The notes below the pieces were generated by a model. It ran no database searches. It had not been told where the DNA came from and saw only the letters and a program-made list of their open reading frames with translations. A stretch of 31,002 nt of DNA from positions 1-31,002 of IMG/VR virus record IMGVR_UViG_3300005611_000133; one strand, 5' to 3'. How positions within the stretch are numbered: the first letter of the stretch is position 1; each line of letters starts with the position of its first letter. Positions 7,958-17,020 of this stretch are shown here, piece after piece. The position numbers and the translations under genes are program-made. Origin of the DNA: a virus. Taxonomy: Duplodnaviria; Caudoviricetes.

Positions 7958-8505
7958 AAGTTACTATCCAAAAAATATATCCTGAATGGTTGCCAAACCG
8001 TATGGCAGAGATGACGACCCACGGAAAGGTAGTTAAAGCACCCAAATCGTTTTGGTTTAAATCCGAGCATAGTCCGATTCGTGGTTTTGAGTATTGGATT
8101 GAGTTTCACGACCTGCCGACTTTTGTATCTGTTCATTTTGTGCGCCATAAGTTCGGCGTGGAGCATTTTGTTAAAAGCAATCGTGATGATTTGTACCTGG
8201 ATAAGCATGTTGTGATTGACCGTAACAGCCCTGTAAACCATGGAATGAAGATTAATGCACAGGCTTTGATCACGATGGGGCGTAAAAGACTATGCTATAA
8301 AGCCCATATAAAGACCGTAGCGGCATTTAGGAAGATGGTTAAAGGGTTGGGTAGGGTTGAGCCTGAAATCGCTAAATACATCGTTCCTGAGTGTGTTTAT
8401 AGGGGGTTTTGTCCAGAGGGTAAGGAATGTAAGCCTGGCGTTGAAAAAGTTATGCGGGCTTATGCGGATTATCCGCCCAGGCCTTTAGAAAAGGGGATAA
8501 AATGA
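7954..8505 (+). CDS. thyX: FAD-dependent thymidylate synthase-like protein
   Basis: EHSPIR, VSVHFVRHK...SNR, NAQAL, RLCYKA, PECVYRGFCPE. Confidence 0.75.
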   Translation: MKVTIQKIYPEWLPNRMAEMTTHGKVVKAPKSFWFKSEHSPIRGFEYWIEFHDLPTFVSVHFVRHKFGVEHFVKSNRDDLYLDKHVVIDRNSPVNHGMKINAQALITMGRKRLCYKAHIKTVAAFRKMVKGLGRVEPEIAKYIVPECVYRGFCPEGKECKPGVEKVMRAYADYPPRPLEKGIK

Positions 8506-10061
8506 GAGTTTTAAGTTTATTTGATGGTATATCTGCTGGACAGCTTGCTTTAAAAAGGGCGGGGATTACCGTTACAAAATACTATGCAAGTGAGATTGAT
8601 AAGCACGCGATAGCCATTACACAATACAACTTTCCTGAAACTATCCAGCTGGGTGACGTAACTAAGTGGCAGGATTGGGATATTGATCAGCCGGACATTC
8701 TACTTGCCGGATTTCCGTGTCAAGCGTGGTCAACAGCAGGCAAGATGCAGGGAGATAACGATCCACGAGGCGCATTGGTGCATGACTTGATTGCGGTGTG
8801 GAATCACTATAAACCAAAGTGGTTTTTGTTTGAAAATGTCAAGATGAAAAAAGAGTTTATGACATACATCAATGATTTGTTTGGTGTGGAAGGATACCTG
8901 ATTAATTCTGCGTTAGTAAGCGCTCAAAACAGACAGCGTTATTACTGGTTTGGAACAACTACAAAAAAACATATTTTTGATTTTGAAATTTTAGATGGTG
9001 AAAAGCGTGACACAAAAGAGATCGGAAGAATACAAAATGAATCACAGGATTCGAGAGAAAGCGAGATACTGGGAGAAGCACAAGGACGATACTGCTATTT
9101 GCAAGATTTGTGGGAAGGAATATCTGAAGATAAACCGCAAGGGAACTACAAAGACATGCTCAGAAAAATGCTCTATTCAAAACAAGAAATTGACAGACAA
9201 AAATCGGAACAAGAAAAAACGGGACGAATATCAGAAGAAATACAACTTAAAAAACAAAGAAAAAATACTTGCCTATCAAGCGAGGTACAGAAAGTCAGAA
9301 AAAGGCAAGGAGGTTATGCGAAAAATGGATGCACAACCTCACAGGAAAATAGCAAAAAGCATGAGAACCCATGCAAGGAGGCAGATTTCTGGGCTGTCAA
9401 ACAAAAAAATAACAAGGGAAGATATAGAGACAATACTAAAGATGAAGTCGGAATGTGTAGTATGCAAGACAAAGAAGGATTTATGTATAGATCATGTGAT
9501 TCCACTATCTCTAGGTGGAACGAATTGCTTGAACAATCTACAAATACTTTGCAGGGCGTGCAATTCATCGAAAAAAGACAAAACAATGGACGAATTTATG
9601 GTTTATTTGAGTACAACATAGAAAGGATAGAGTTAGAGCAACCAGAAGATAAAGGGATTTTATTAAAGGATGTTGTCGAATGTGATGCTGTTAGAGATAA
9701 GTCAAAGACGGTTCGAGTTGGTGGACGTGGTTCACCACAAAATTCTAAACAGGAATGGGATGGGGTTGAGTATGTTGACAGAGATAAATCATACTGCATT
9801 GATGCCAACTACCACAAAGGCGGCAATCCTGAGCAATATTTTACAAAGAAGCGCAGACAATTGGTGTTTAAGAATCCAAAGGTATTGGTAGATAATCCAA
9901 GAGTTAAAGGGGTTACCGAGGATGAGCGAGGCTTTAGACCGCATAGAGGAGATTCAAGAAAAAGTGGGGTATCAGAAATTGGAAGAATATTAAAGCCGTC
10001 TGCGGATAAGACGGACACGTTAATAGCGTCACATCAACCAAAGGTATTAATAGATGATTAA
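8502..10061 (+). CDS. C5-cytosine DNA methyltransferase, N-terminal part (motifs I-VIII, long insertion, variable region)
   Basis: LSLFDG (I), GFPCQ (IV), ENV (VI), QNRQRYYW (VIII); motifs IX-X missing from this ORF. Confidence 0.9.
   Translation: MRVLSLFDGISAGQLALKRAGITVTKYYASEIDKHAIAITQYNFPETIQLGDVTKWQDWDIDQPDILLAGFPCQAWSTAGKMQGDNDPRGALVHDLIAVWNHYKPKWFLFENVKMKKEFMTYINDLFGVEGYLINSALVSAQNRQRYYWFGTTTKKHIFDFEILDGEKRDTKEIGRIQNESQDSRESEILGEAQGRYCYLQDLWEGISEDKPQGNYKDMLRKMLYSKQEIDRQKSEQEKTGRISEEIQLKKQRKNTCLSSEVQKVRKRQGGYAKNGCTTSQENSKKHENPCKEADFWAVKQKNNKGRYRDNTKDEVGMCSMQDKEGFMYRSCDSTISRWNELLEQSTNTLQGVQFIEKRQNNGRIYGLFEYNIERIELEQPEDKGILLKDVVECDAVRDKSKTVRVGGRGSPQNSKQEWDGVEYVDRDKSYCIDANYHKGGNPEQYFTKKRRQLVFKNPKVLVDNPRVKGVTEDERGFRPHRGDSRKSGVSEIGRILKPSADKTDTLIASHQPKVLIDD
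8995..9621 (+). CDS. HNH endonuclease nested in the +1 frame of the methyltransferase
   Basis: CVVC...IDHVIPLSLGGTNCLNNLQILCRACNSSK; N-terminal CKIC...CSEKC Zn-finger-like region. Confidence 0.88.
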   Translation: MVKSVTQKRSEEYKMNHRIREKARYWEKHKDDTAICKICGKEYLKINRKGTTKTCSEKCSIQNKKLTDKNRNKKKRDEYQKKYNLKNKEKILAYQARYRKSEKGKEVMRKMDAQPHRKIAKSMRTHARRQISGLSNKKITREDIETILKMKSECVVCKTKKDLCIDHVIPLSLGGTNCLNNLQILCRACNSSKKDKTMDEFMVYLSTT

Positions 10062-10377
10062 AGACAAATCTCAAACAATACTCGCAACAATTTACAAAGA
10101 AAATGCAAAATCAATGATTAAGCGTAAGAAATGGGGGTTATTAGTGCCAGATGAACTAGAAGAACTTAAATACAGAAAATTAACACCTATAGAGTGTGAA
10201 AGATTACAGACGATGCCGGATAACTATACGGCTATGGGTAATTATGATGGTGTTATTAAAGAGGTGAGCAATACTCAGCGCTATAAAGCTATTGGGAACT
10301 CATGGACGGTTGACGTGATAGCGCATATATTCACATCATTATCAGAAATGTTGACAAATGAAAAAAAGAAAGCATAA
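10054..10377 (+). CDS. C5 methyltransferase C-terminal part (motifs IX-X)
   Basis: RKLTPIECERLQTMPDNYT and RYKAIGNSWTVDVIAHIF; 8-nt overlap with the upstream ORF. Confidence 0.88.
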   Translation: MIKDKSQTILATIYKENAKSMIKRKKWGLLVPDELEELKYRKLTPIECERLQTMPDNYTAMGNYDGVIKEVSNTQRYKAIGNSWTVDVIAHIFTSLSEMLTNEKKKA

Positions 10378-10400
10378 GCTAGTCGATAAGTGTACACGAT

Positions 10401-10433
10401 GCGAACGGGTACAGCACCCGCTTTGCGTTTTTT
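10401..10433 (+). terminator. Candidate intrinsic terminator
   Basis: CGGGT-acagc-ACCCG stem (extendable) followed by a T-rich tract, at the end of the replication/metabolism block. Confidence 0.45.
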
Positions 10434-10548
10434 GTGGGGCTAAGAATGGGTTTAAGTTATTTAAGCAAATAGCGGATAAATAAAAAGTTGATAAAAGGTT
10501 GACTATAATTTAAAATGGTGGTAATAAATAATTTAAGGCTAACTAATT

Positions 10549-10893
10549 ATGGGTAGAAAAGAGATACCAATTGATATAGATACGGTTAGAAATTTAGCAT
10601 CAAGGGGATTGACTCACGAACAAATAGCCGCAGCACTGGGCATTAATCCTGAAACTTTATACGCTAGAAAAAGAAAATATTCCGAGTTTGTCGATGCAAT
10701 TAAAGAAGGTCAGGGCAAAGGACTTGCGGATATAAGTAATGCGCTGTATGAACAGGCTATGGGCGGAAACACTTCAGCGGCAATATTTTATATGAAAAAT
10801 AGAGCAGGCTGGAGAGATAGACCAGCGGAGGAAAATCTAGTCGGCGACATGGCGCAGGCCTTGAGTAAAATCGCAGACAAATTACCGGATTGA
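10549..10893 (+). CDS. terS: Terminase small subunit (HTH)
   Basis: HTH GLTHEQIAAALGINPETLY, AAIFYMKNRAGWRD; upstream of the large terminase. Confidence 0.8.
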   Translation: MGRKEIPIDIDTVRNLASRGLTHEQIAAALGINPETLYARKRKYSEFVDAIKEGQGKGLADISNALYEQAMGGNTSAAIFYMKNRAGWRDRPAEENLVGDMAQALSKIADKLPD

Positions 10894-10895
10894 TT

Positions 10896-11039
10896 ATGAC
10901 ATATTGTAATGGATCATTATGTAAGATGCGTAAAGAGTGCCGATATTGTTTGCCCGAAGACATTCAGCGCGAGCGACGTGCAAAAGGTGAGCGGTTTAAA
11001 TCTGCTAAGCGTCAGCCTTGTTTTGTTGAGGAAAAATGA
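10896..11039 (+). CDS. Small Cys-rich protein (47 aa, MTYCNGSLCKMRKECRYC...), not in ORF track
   Basis: Fills the terS-terL gap exactly; ATGA overlap with terL. Confidence 0.55.
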   Translation: MTYCNGSLCKMRKECRYCLPEDIQRERRAKGERFKSAKRQPCFVEEK

Positions 11040-12355
11040 TAGCTAACCCACAATTACAACGTGAATATGATAGATGGTATCCTTTGCTAGATATACCCTC
11101 ACAAAGATCATTAGTGGAGGAGAAAAAAAGATTTCCTGTTGTTGTAGGGGGGCGCAGATCAGGCAAGACCGAGAGAGCAAAAAGGTTTATTGTTAAAACA
11201 GCTTTAGCAAATCCTAATAGAAATTATATTTGCGCCGCACCAACATATAACCAAGCTAAAAAGATATTTTGGGACGACTTGAAATTATTAAGTTTTTCTT
11301 CGACCCACCCAAAATCCCCCAGCGAATCAGAATTAATTATTTACCTACCTAACGGTAGTAATATTTACGTGATGGGATTAGAAAGACCAGAAAGAGTGGA
11401 AGGACGTTTAATACATGGGATGATTATTGATGAGATAGCAGACATAAAAGAGACTGCCTGGCAATCAAATATATACCCTGCTTTAAATACTGTTCATCCT
11501 ACTGAGCCAAGCTATAGGGCTTTTTGTTGGCTAACCGGCGTTCCTAATTTAGGGGTATCATCTTTATATTATGACTTAGCAATGTACGCACAATCAGCTA
11601 ACGATCCTGATTGGGGTTATTACCATTGGACAACGGCCGAAATATTTCCAGAAATGGCTGCCGAAGCTAAAAAAGTTATGTCTGAAAAACAGTACAAAGT
11701 TGAGTTTGAAGCAAGCTTTGAGACTGTTTCAGGGCGTATATATGAGGATTACGGCAACCGCAATCATACAGATAGAGTTATACAACCGCATGAGCAATTA
11801 ATGTTTATGCACGATTTTAACTATACTCCGCTAAGTTCAGCTATTGGCGTACGTGAAAATGATAACTTATATCTGCTTGATGAAATTATATTAACTTCCG
11901 CCGTGGCTAAACAATCCGCGCTTGAGTTTGTAGAAAAGTTTAAAAATCACAAAAATAGACATGTATTATTATACGGTGATCCAGCTGGCAGGGCGGGAGA
12001 AAAACACGGGCACGATTCAGACTACACGGACATGGAAGGAGTGCTTAGAAGTAATGGGTGGAATGTAGAACGTAGAGTTAAAAAGAAGCATCCTGCCATA
12101 AAAGATAGACAAAACGCCGTTAGAAAGAAAATACTTACAGCTAACGGAAATACTAGTTTATTTGTAAATCCCAAAACTGCTGAATGGTGCGATAAAGGGT
12201 TAAGAACCGTTCAGTTAAAAAAAGGCAGTACGTTCCAAGAAGAACAAGCAGATAATGATTATCAGCACATAACAACCGCAATCGGATATTGTGTTGATTA
12301 TGAATGGGCGAATGACACGCTTATATTTACTAATGAGATAGGTTACGCACTATGA
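11036..12355 (+). CDS. terL: Terminase large subunit
   Basis: GGRRSGKT Walker A, IIDE Walker B, nuclease-domain DFN and GDPAG. Confidence 0.95.
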   Translation: MIANPQLQREYDRWYPLLDIPSQRSLVEEKKRFPVVVGGRRSGKTERAKRFIVKTALANPNRNYICAAPTYNQAKKIFWDDLKLLSFSSTHPKSPSESELIIYLPNGSNIYVMGLERPERVEGRLIHGMIIDEIADIKETAWQSNIYPALNTVHPTEPSYRAFCWLTGVPNLGVSSLYYDLAMYAQSANDPDWGYYHWTTAEIFPEMAAEAKKVMSEKQYKVEFEASFETVSGRIYEDYGNRNHTDRVIQPHEQLMFMHDFNYTPLSSAIGVRENDNLYLLDEIILTSAVAKQSALEFVEKFKNHKNRHVLLYGDPAGRAGEKHGHDSDYTDMEGVLRSNGWNVERRVKKKHPAIKDRQNAVRKKILTANGNTSLFVNPKTAEWCDKGLRTVQLKKGSTFQEEQADNDYQHITTAIGYCVDYEWANDTLIFTNEIGYAL

Positions 12356-13737
12356 GCATAGATTTTAAATGCGATGAATACGTGGATAATGTTGATGACT
12401 GGATAAAAGTCGATGACGTTATCGAAGGCAATAAAAACAATAAAAAGCGGATTAACAATCATATCCGTTTTTTAAACCCAGATGATAAATCAGCGCAAAA
12501 TTTAAAAAGAAATCAGCAATACCGTGATAGTGCTGTATTTTATAACGTGCCGAAATACACGCTTGATGGTTATACATCGTTAATGTTTAATAAGCATCCA
12601 AAAATAGACCTGCCCGCGCAACTTGAATACTTGATTGACAACGCAAATGGCGCAGGCGTGGGCTTGACGCAATTGGCAAAAACAATCGCACAAGAAGTAA
12701 CCAAAAAAGGCCGGTGCGGGTTGTTTGTTTCGTATCCAAAAACCGAAGGCAGCGTTTCACGCGCACAAATGGCAAACGGATTTGTGTCAACAATTCATCA
12801 AATAGACGCAGAGCGCATTATAAACTGGCGTACCAAGCTGGTCGGCTCGAATGTTATCCTAACCCTGGTTGTTATCAGCGAAACTGTGGACAAAATAGAC
12901 GGCTACAAAACAACAAAGGTACAGCAATATAGAGAGCTCGCACTGGAAAACAATATTTTTATTGTGCGCGAATGGCAAAAAGACAAGGCCGGAGATTGGA
13001 CTGTTGTTGATGAATCAATCCCGACAAACGCAACAGGCGCACCGTGGACTGAAATCCCGTTTGTCTTTATTGGCTCGTCATCAAATACGCACACAGTTGA
13101 TCAATCACCGATGCTTGATTTATGCAGTGTATCAATCGGGCATTATCGCAACTCGGCGGACTATGAAGAGAATCTATTTTACGCTGGCCAGGCGCAGCCG
13201 TGGATGAGTGGGCTTACGCAATCGCAAGTTGACATGATGAAAGAAAACAAAGTTTATATAGGTTCGCGTAACTTGCTATCTGTGCCAAGCGGCGAGCGGT
13301 TCGGTTTTGAATCAGCCCCGGAACGGCCAAGCGTGCTGAAAGGCATGGAAGATAAGCGCGACATGATGATCGCTTTGGGCGCACGATTGATACAAGAAAC
13401 AGGGAAAATAAAAACTGCAACAGAATCTTCATCGGATGACACGTCAAGAAACTCAATCCTGATTGCTATAGCGCAGAATGTATCCGATGCACTGACCCGT
13501 GCTATAAATTTTTGTGGCCAGTATATGGGCGCATCAACTGAAGCTGAATATGAGTTAAGTACAAACTTTGTAAATCCTAATGCTACAGCACAAGAACTGC
13601 AGGCGATGGTATCGTCGTTTATCCAGGGAGCAATCCCGCAATCCGATTATTTTAGATGGTTAAAACAGCGTGATTTAGTTGAACCAGAAAAAACACTTGA
13701 CGATTTTAATGATGAGTTAAACATTAACCAGATATAA
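12352..13737 (+). CDS. Portal protein (DUF4055-like)
   Basis: Follows terL; AVFYN, IINW, IPFVFIG, HYRNSADYE, MIALGARL motifs. Confidence 0.9.
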   Translation: MSIDFKCDEYVDNVDDWIKVDDVIEGNKNNKKRINNHIRFLNPDDKSAQNLKRNQQYRDSAVFYNVPKYTLDGYTSLMFNKHPKIDLPAQLEYLIDNANGAGVGLTQLAKTIAQEVTKKGRCGLFVSYPKTEGSVSRAQMANGFVSTIHQIDAERIINWRTKLVGSNVILTLVVISETVDKIDGYKTTKVQQYRELALENNIFIVREWQKDKAGDWTVVDESIPTNATGAPWTEIPFVFIGSSSNTHTVDQSPMLDLCSVSIGHYRNSADYEENLFYAGQAQPWMSGLTQSQVDMMKENKVYIGSRNLLSVPSGERFGFESAPERPSVLKGMEDKRDMMIALGARLIQETGKIKTATESSSDDTSRNSILIAIAQNVSDALTRAINFCGQYMGASTEAEYELSTNFVNPNATAQELQAMVSSFIQGAIPQSDYFRWLKQRDLVEPEKTLDDFNDELNINQI

Positions 13738-13740
13738 ATA

Positions 13741-14799
13741 ATGGCTGAATCTCAACTTATCGAAATAGCGACCCGGCATCAAGCACACATTGAACGCTTT
13801 AAAGCAAACGAGGTGAAAGTTTTCACCTCGTATCTTAACGCAATGATTAAAAATACGCAGTTTGAATTGGCCACTAATGATGAATTGACGGAATTAAATC
13901 GCCGTGATTTACAAAAGCGCATAACTGCAATTAAGCAGATTGTGAATGATGGATTTACAGAGTTTAAAGCTGAGTTCGACCAGATTGTTTTAGATTTTGC
14001 AGAATATGAAGCCGAGTTCGAAAAAAAATCATTAGAATCCGTAGTTAAATATGATTTTGCAATGCCTTCATCCCAGCAAATTAAAACAGCGGTTTTTACT
14101 AGCCCGTTTGATATTAAAGGCCCAGACGCTGGCAGCTTGATAGACGGGCTTTATAAACGATGGACGACAAATGAAGCGTACCGCATCGGCAATTATATTC
14201 AACTAGGATATGCAAACGGAAAAACAAACAAGCAAATTGAGCAAGAGATTATCGAACTAGGCTACGGGGTTTTAGGCCGTAATATTCAATCACTCATACG
14301 AACGACAGTACAGCATGCGGCAAATGTAGCACGACAAGAAACATGGAAGGCCAATTCAGACATTGTTAAGGCGTATGAATGGGTATCCACACTTGATACA
14401 AAAACATCACAACTTTGCCAGGCGTTAGACACGCAAAAATTTAAAATTGGTGACGGGCCATTGCCACCAGCCCATGTAAATTGCCGGAGCAGTACAGTTC
14501 CTGTTTTAGATAAAAGCTTTGACATTCTTGATAAAGGTGCAACACGTTCAAGCCGTAATCCTGAAACGGGCAAAGTTGAATCAGTATCAGCCAAAAAGAA
14601 TTATTATGACTGGTTGAAAGACCAGCCAGCAGAAGTGCAGGACTCAATCATTGGCCCGACGCGCGGAAAGCTACTGAGAAATGGTGGGATAACTACTGAA
14701 CGCTTTGCAAAATTACAATTGAATAAAAACTTTAAACCATTAACACTCGCAAAAATGCGTAAACTTGAGCCTGCTGCGTTTATGCGGGCTGAAATTTAA
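13741..14799 (+). CDS. Minor head morphogenesis protein (SPP1 gp7/Mu gpF-like)
   Basis: WVSTLDTKTS..C..LD and PPAHVNCRS. Confidence 0.9.
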   Translation: MAESQLIEIATRHQAHIERFKANEVKVFTSYLNAMIKNTQFELATNDELTELNRRDLQKRITAIKQIVNDGFTEFKAEFDQIVLDFAEYEAEFEKKSLESVVKYDFAMPSSQQIKTAVFTSPFDIKGPDAGSLIDGLYKRWTTNEAYRIGNYIQLGYANGKTNKQIEQEIIELGYGVLGRNIQSLIRTTVQHAANVARQETWKANSDIVKAYEWVSTLDTKTSQLCQALDTQKFKIGDGPLPPAHVNCRSSTVPVLDKSFDILDKGATRSSRNPETGKVESVSAKKNYYDWLKDQPAEVQDSIIGPTRGKLLRNGGITTERFAKLQLNKNFKPLTLAKMRKLEPAAFMRAEI

Positions 14800-14820
14800 A
14801 ACTAAAGAGGATGAATAAAA

Positions 14821-15483
14821 ATGGAATTTAACGAAGAAAATTTTAATAAACTATTAGCGCAATCTGAAAAGCTTGCAGAATCTGTTAAAAAGTTAGAAGA
14901 AAATAACAAGTCTTTGCTTAGCGAAAAAGCAGCGGCTAAAAAGTTAGCCGAAGAAGCAGAGCAACAAGCAAAAGAAAAAGAGGAGGAATCGCTTAAAAAA
15001 TCTGGTGATGTTGAAGCTTTATTGAAATCACATAAAAATGAGATAGCCAGATTAAAAGCAGATTATGAAGCAAAATTGCAAACAGAAAAAGAAAAACATG
15101 AGAATGATGTTAAAGAGCTTACAGTTGATAAAGCAGCATCATCACTTTCACATGAAATTGCAATGCCAGGCTATGCACGCTTTCTTGAAGCCGATATTAA
15201 GAAAAGATTAATCAACGAAGGCACAGACATAAAGATACTAGATAAAGATGGCAATCCGACTTTTCTTACAATGGATGACCTTAAACAAGAAATAATTAAT
15301 AATCCAGAATACGAGCGGTTACTCGTGGGCACTAAAGCCAGTGGTGCAGGGGTGATCAGTAACAATGCATCACCAGCCACAAGCAAGGGTTTTGCTGAAA
15401 TGACTAGCATGGAACTGGTCGAACTTAGGAAGACAAACTCTGAAAAGTATGAGCAGCTTAAAGCTGAATATTACAGTAAATAG
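14821..15483 (+). CDS. Head scaffolding protein
   Basis: Charged coiled coil with ASGAG near the C-terminus; lies before the capsid gene. Confidence 0.8.
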   Translation: MEFNEENFNKLLAQSEKLAESVKKLEENNKSLLSEKAAAKKLAEEAEQQAKEKEEESLKKSGDVEALLKSHKNEIARLKADYEAKLQTEKEKHENDVKELTVDKAASSLSHEIAMPGYARFLEADIKKRLINEGTDIKILDKDGNPTFLTMDDLKQEIINNPEYERLLVGTKASGAGVISNNASPATSKGFAEMTSMELVELRKTNSEKYEQLKAEYYSK

Positions 15484-15512
15484 TTTACAATCACATAATA
15501 TTGTGATAGATT
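15484..15512 (+). promoter_or_regulatory. Candidate capsid promoter with palindromic spacer
   Basis: TTTACA-N17-TAGATT with ATCACA-taatat-TGTGAT across the spacer. Confidence 0.4.
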
Positions 15513-15633
15513 AAAACCATTATAAATTTTTAGTTGGTTTTGCAATCAGCTTAAAATGAGTTCTGCAACTCACAAATAATTATTTTTGGGGGTTGCTATA
15601 CCTCCTATAAACAATATACGAGGTATAAAACTC

Positions 15634-16641
15634 ATGGCACTAACGCAATTATCAGACATCATTGATGTCACAGTATTTCAAGACCTTCCGGCGAACAACT
15701 CGCCTGAAAAAACCGCTTTATTCCAATCTGGCGTAGTAACACGCAATCCTTTATTGGACACGCTTGCATCTTCATCGGGCAAAACCGCAGAACTACCTTT
15801 CTGGAACGATATTGATGGTTCGTCAGAAGTCAACTATTCAGATGACAGCGAAAATTCAGCGACTCCCGTTAAAATCACACAAGGCGAGCAGATTGCACGC
15901 AAAGCTTTTATTAATAAAGGCTTTAAAGAGGCTGACTTGGCCGCTGAAATCGCGATGGGCGGCGATGCACTTACACATATCCGCAATCGTGTTGATACAT
16001 ATTTTACTCGCCAATGGCAAAGACGCTTAATCGCAGCAGCAAATGGCGTTTTAGCTGATAATGTGGCCAATGACTCGGGCGATATGGTGATCAATGTTGC
16101 TTCAGAATCCGTTGCCGGACAATCAGCAACTACACTTTTCAACCGCGGTAGTTTTACAGACGCAGTTTATACTCTGGGTGATATGGCTGACCAATTAACT
16201 ACAATTGCAGTACACAGCTCAGTTATGGCACAAATGGTTAAAAACGACGATATTGATTACATCCCTGACTCCAGCGGTCGTATGACTATCCCAACTTATA
16301 ACGGTTTGCGCGTTGTTGTTGATGACGGTTTAACAGTTACCGCAGGATCAACCGATGGCTTTAAATATACGTCTGTTTTGTTTGGCCAGGGCGCGTTTGG
16401 TTACGGTGAAGGCACTTCTAAAGTTCCTGTTGAAGTTGAACGTGAAGCGGCGCAAGGAAACGGCGGCGGCACTGAGGCGTTATGGGTTCGTAAAACATGG
16501 ATATTGCACCCTTTCGGCTTCCAACAAACTAGCGCACCGTCTGGCGACTCATTCACGCTTACAGAGTTAGCAACTGCGGCTGTTTGGGATCGTGTTGTGG
16601 ATCGTAAAAATATCCCGCTTGGTTTTTTAATCACTAACTAA
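15634..16641 (+). CDS. Major capsid protein (likely start ATG 15634, MALTQLSDII)
   Basis: GAGG RBS before 15634; LPFWNDIDG, VHS, LHPFGF, WDRVVDRKNIPL; gene order. Confidence 0.9.
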   Translation: MALTQLSDIIDVTVFQDLPANNSPEKTALFQSGVVTRNPLLDTLASSSGKTAELPFWNDIDGSSEVNYSDDSENSATPVKITQGEQIARKAFINKGFKEADLAAEIAMGGDALTHIRNRVDTYFTRQWQRRLIAAANGVLADNVANDSGDMVINVASESVAGQSATTLFNRGSFTDAVYTLGDMADQLTTIAVHSSVMAQMVKNDDIDYIPDSSGRMTIPTYNGLRVVVDDGLTVTAGSTDGFKYTSVLFGQGAFGYGEGTSKVPVEVEREAAQGNGGGTEALWVRKTWILHPFGFQQTSAPSGDSFTLTELATAAVWDRVVDRKNIPLGFLITN

Positions 16642-16712
16642 GTAACTTTTTTGCCGCGTTGATTTTTCATCATCCTTTTTGCAGCGCGGCAAATCTATAA
16701 AGAGGTTCAAAG

Positions 16713-16886
16713 ATGGCAACTAATCAAGATGGATTACAACCAGGTCAGACGGTTGATTTTGAAACAGTAAAGCGGATCGAAAATGAAAGACGAATTACAG
16801 AAAGAGAGCCAAAAACTAGCAGAGCCAAAAAGCCTGGCGTTTCAAGCGTACCTGAAGCAAAAGAAAAGAAAAAAGCGCAAAGATAA
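16713..16886 (+). CDS. Small protein after the capsid gene (57 aa, MATNQDGLQPGQTVDFE...), not in ORF track
   Basis: GAGG RBS; hand translation. Confidence 0.65.
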   Translation: MATNQDGLQPGQTVDFETVKRIENERRITEREPKTSRAKKPGVSSVPEAKEKKKAQR

Positions 16887-17020
16887 TCAGGAAATCTAGT
16901 GGGCTACAAAACGAATTTTTTACAATCTGATTTATTGACAAGCGATAAGGTTGGCCAGCGTGCGTTGAAAACTTCAAGCGGCGCGGGTGATTGTGTGGTC
17001 GAAATGGGCGAGCAAATATA

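Noticed and set aside
7540-8241. 233-aa minus-strand ORF and other antisense ORFs in the track (e.g. 29496-30077, 5233-5688)
   Set aside because: They shadow well-supported genes on the opposite strand and show no recognisable motifs
8950-9630. Intein or group I intron in the methyltransferase
   Set aside because: No intein terminal residues in the methylase frame, the nuclease is in a different frame, and there is too little flanking sequence for an intron core
16651-16692. Terminator after the capsid gene
   Set aside because: A TTGCCGCG/CGCGGCAA stem exists, but the loop is long and no U-tract follows on the plus strand
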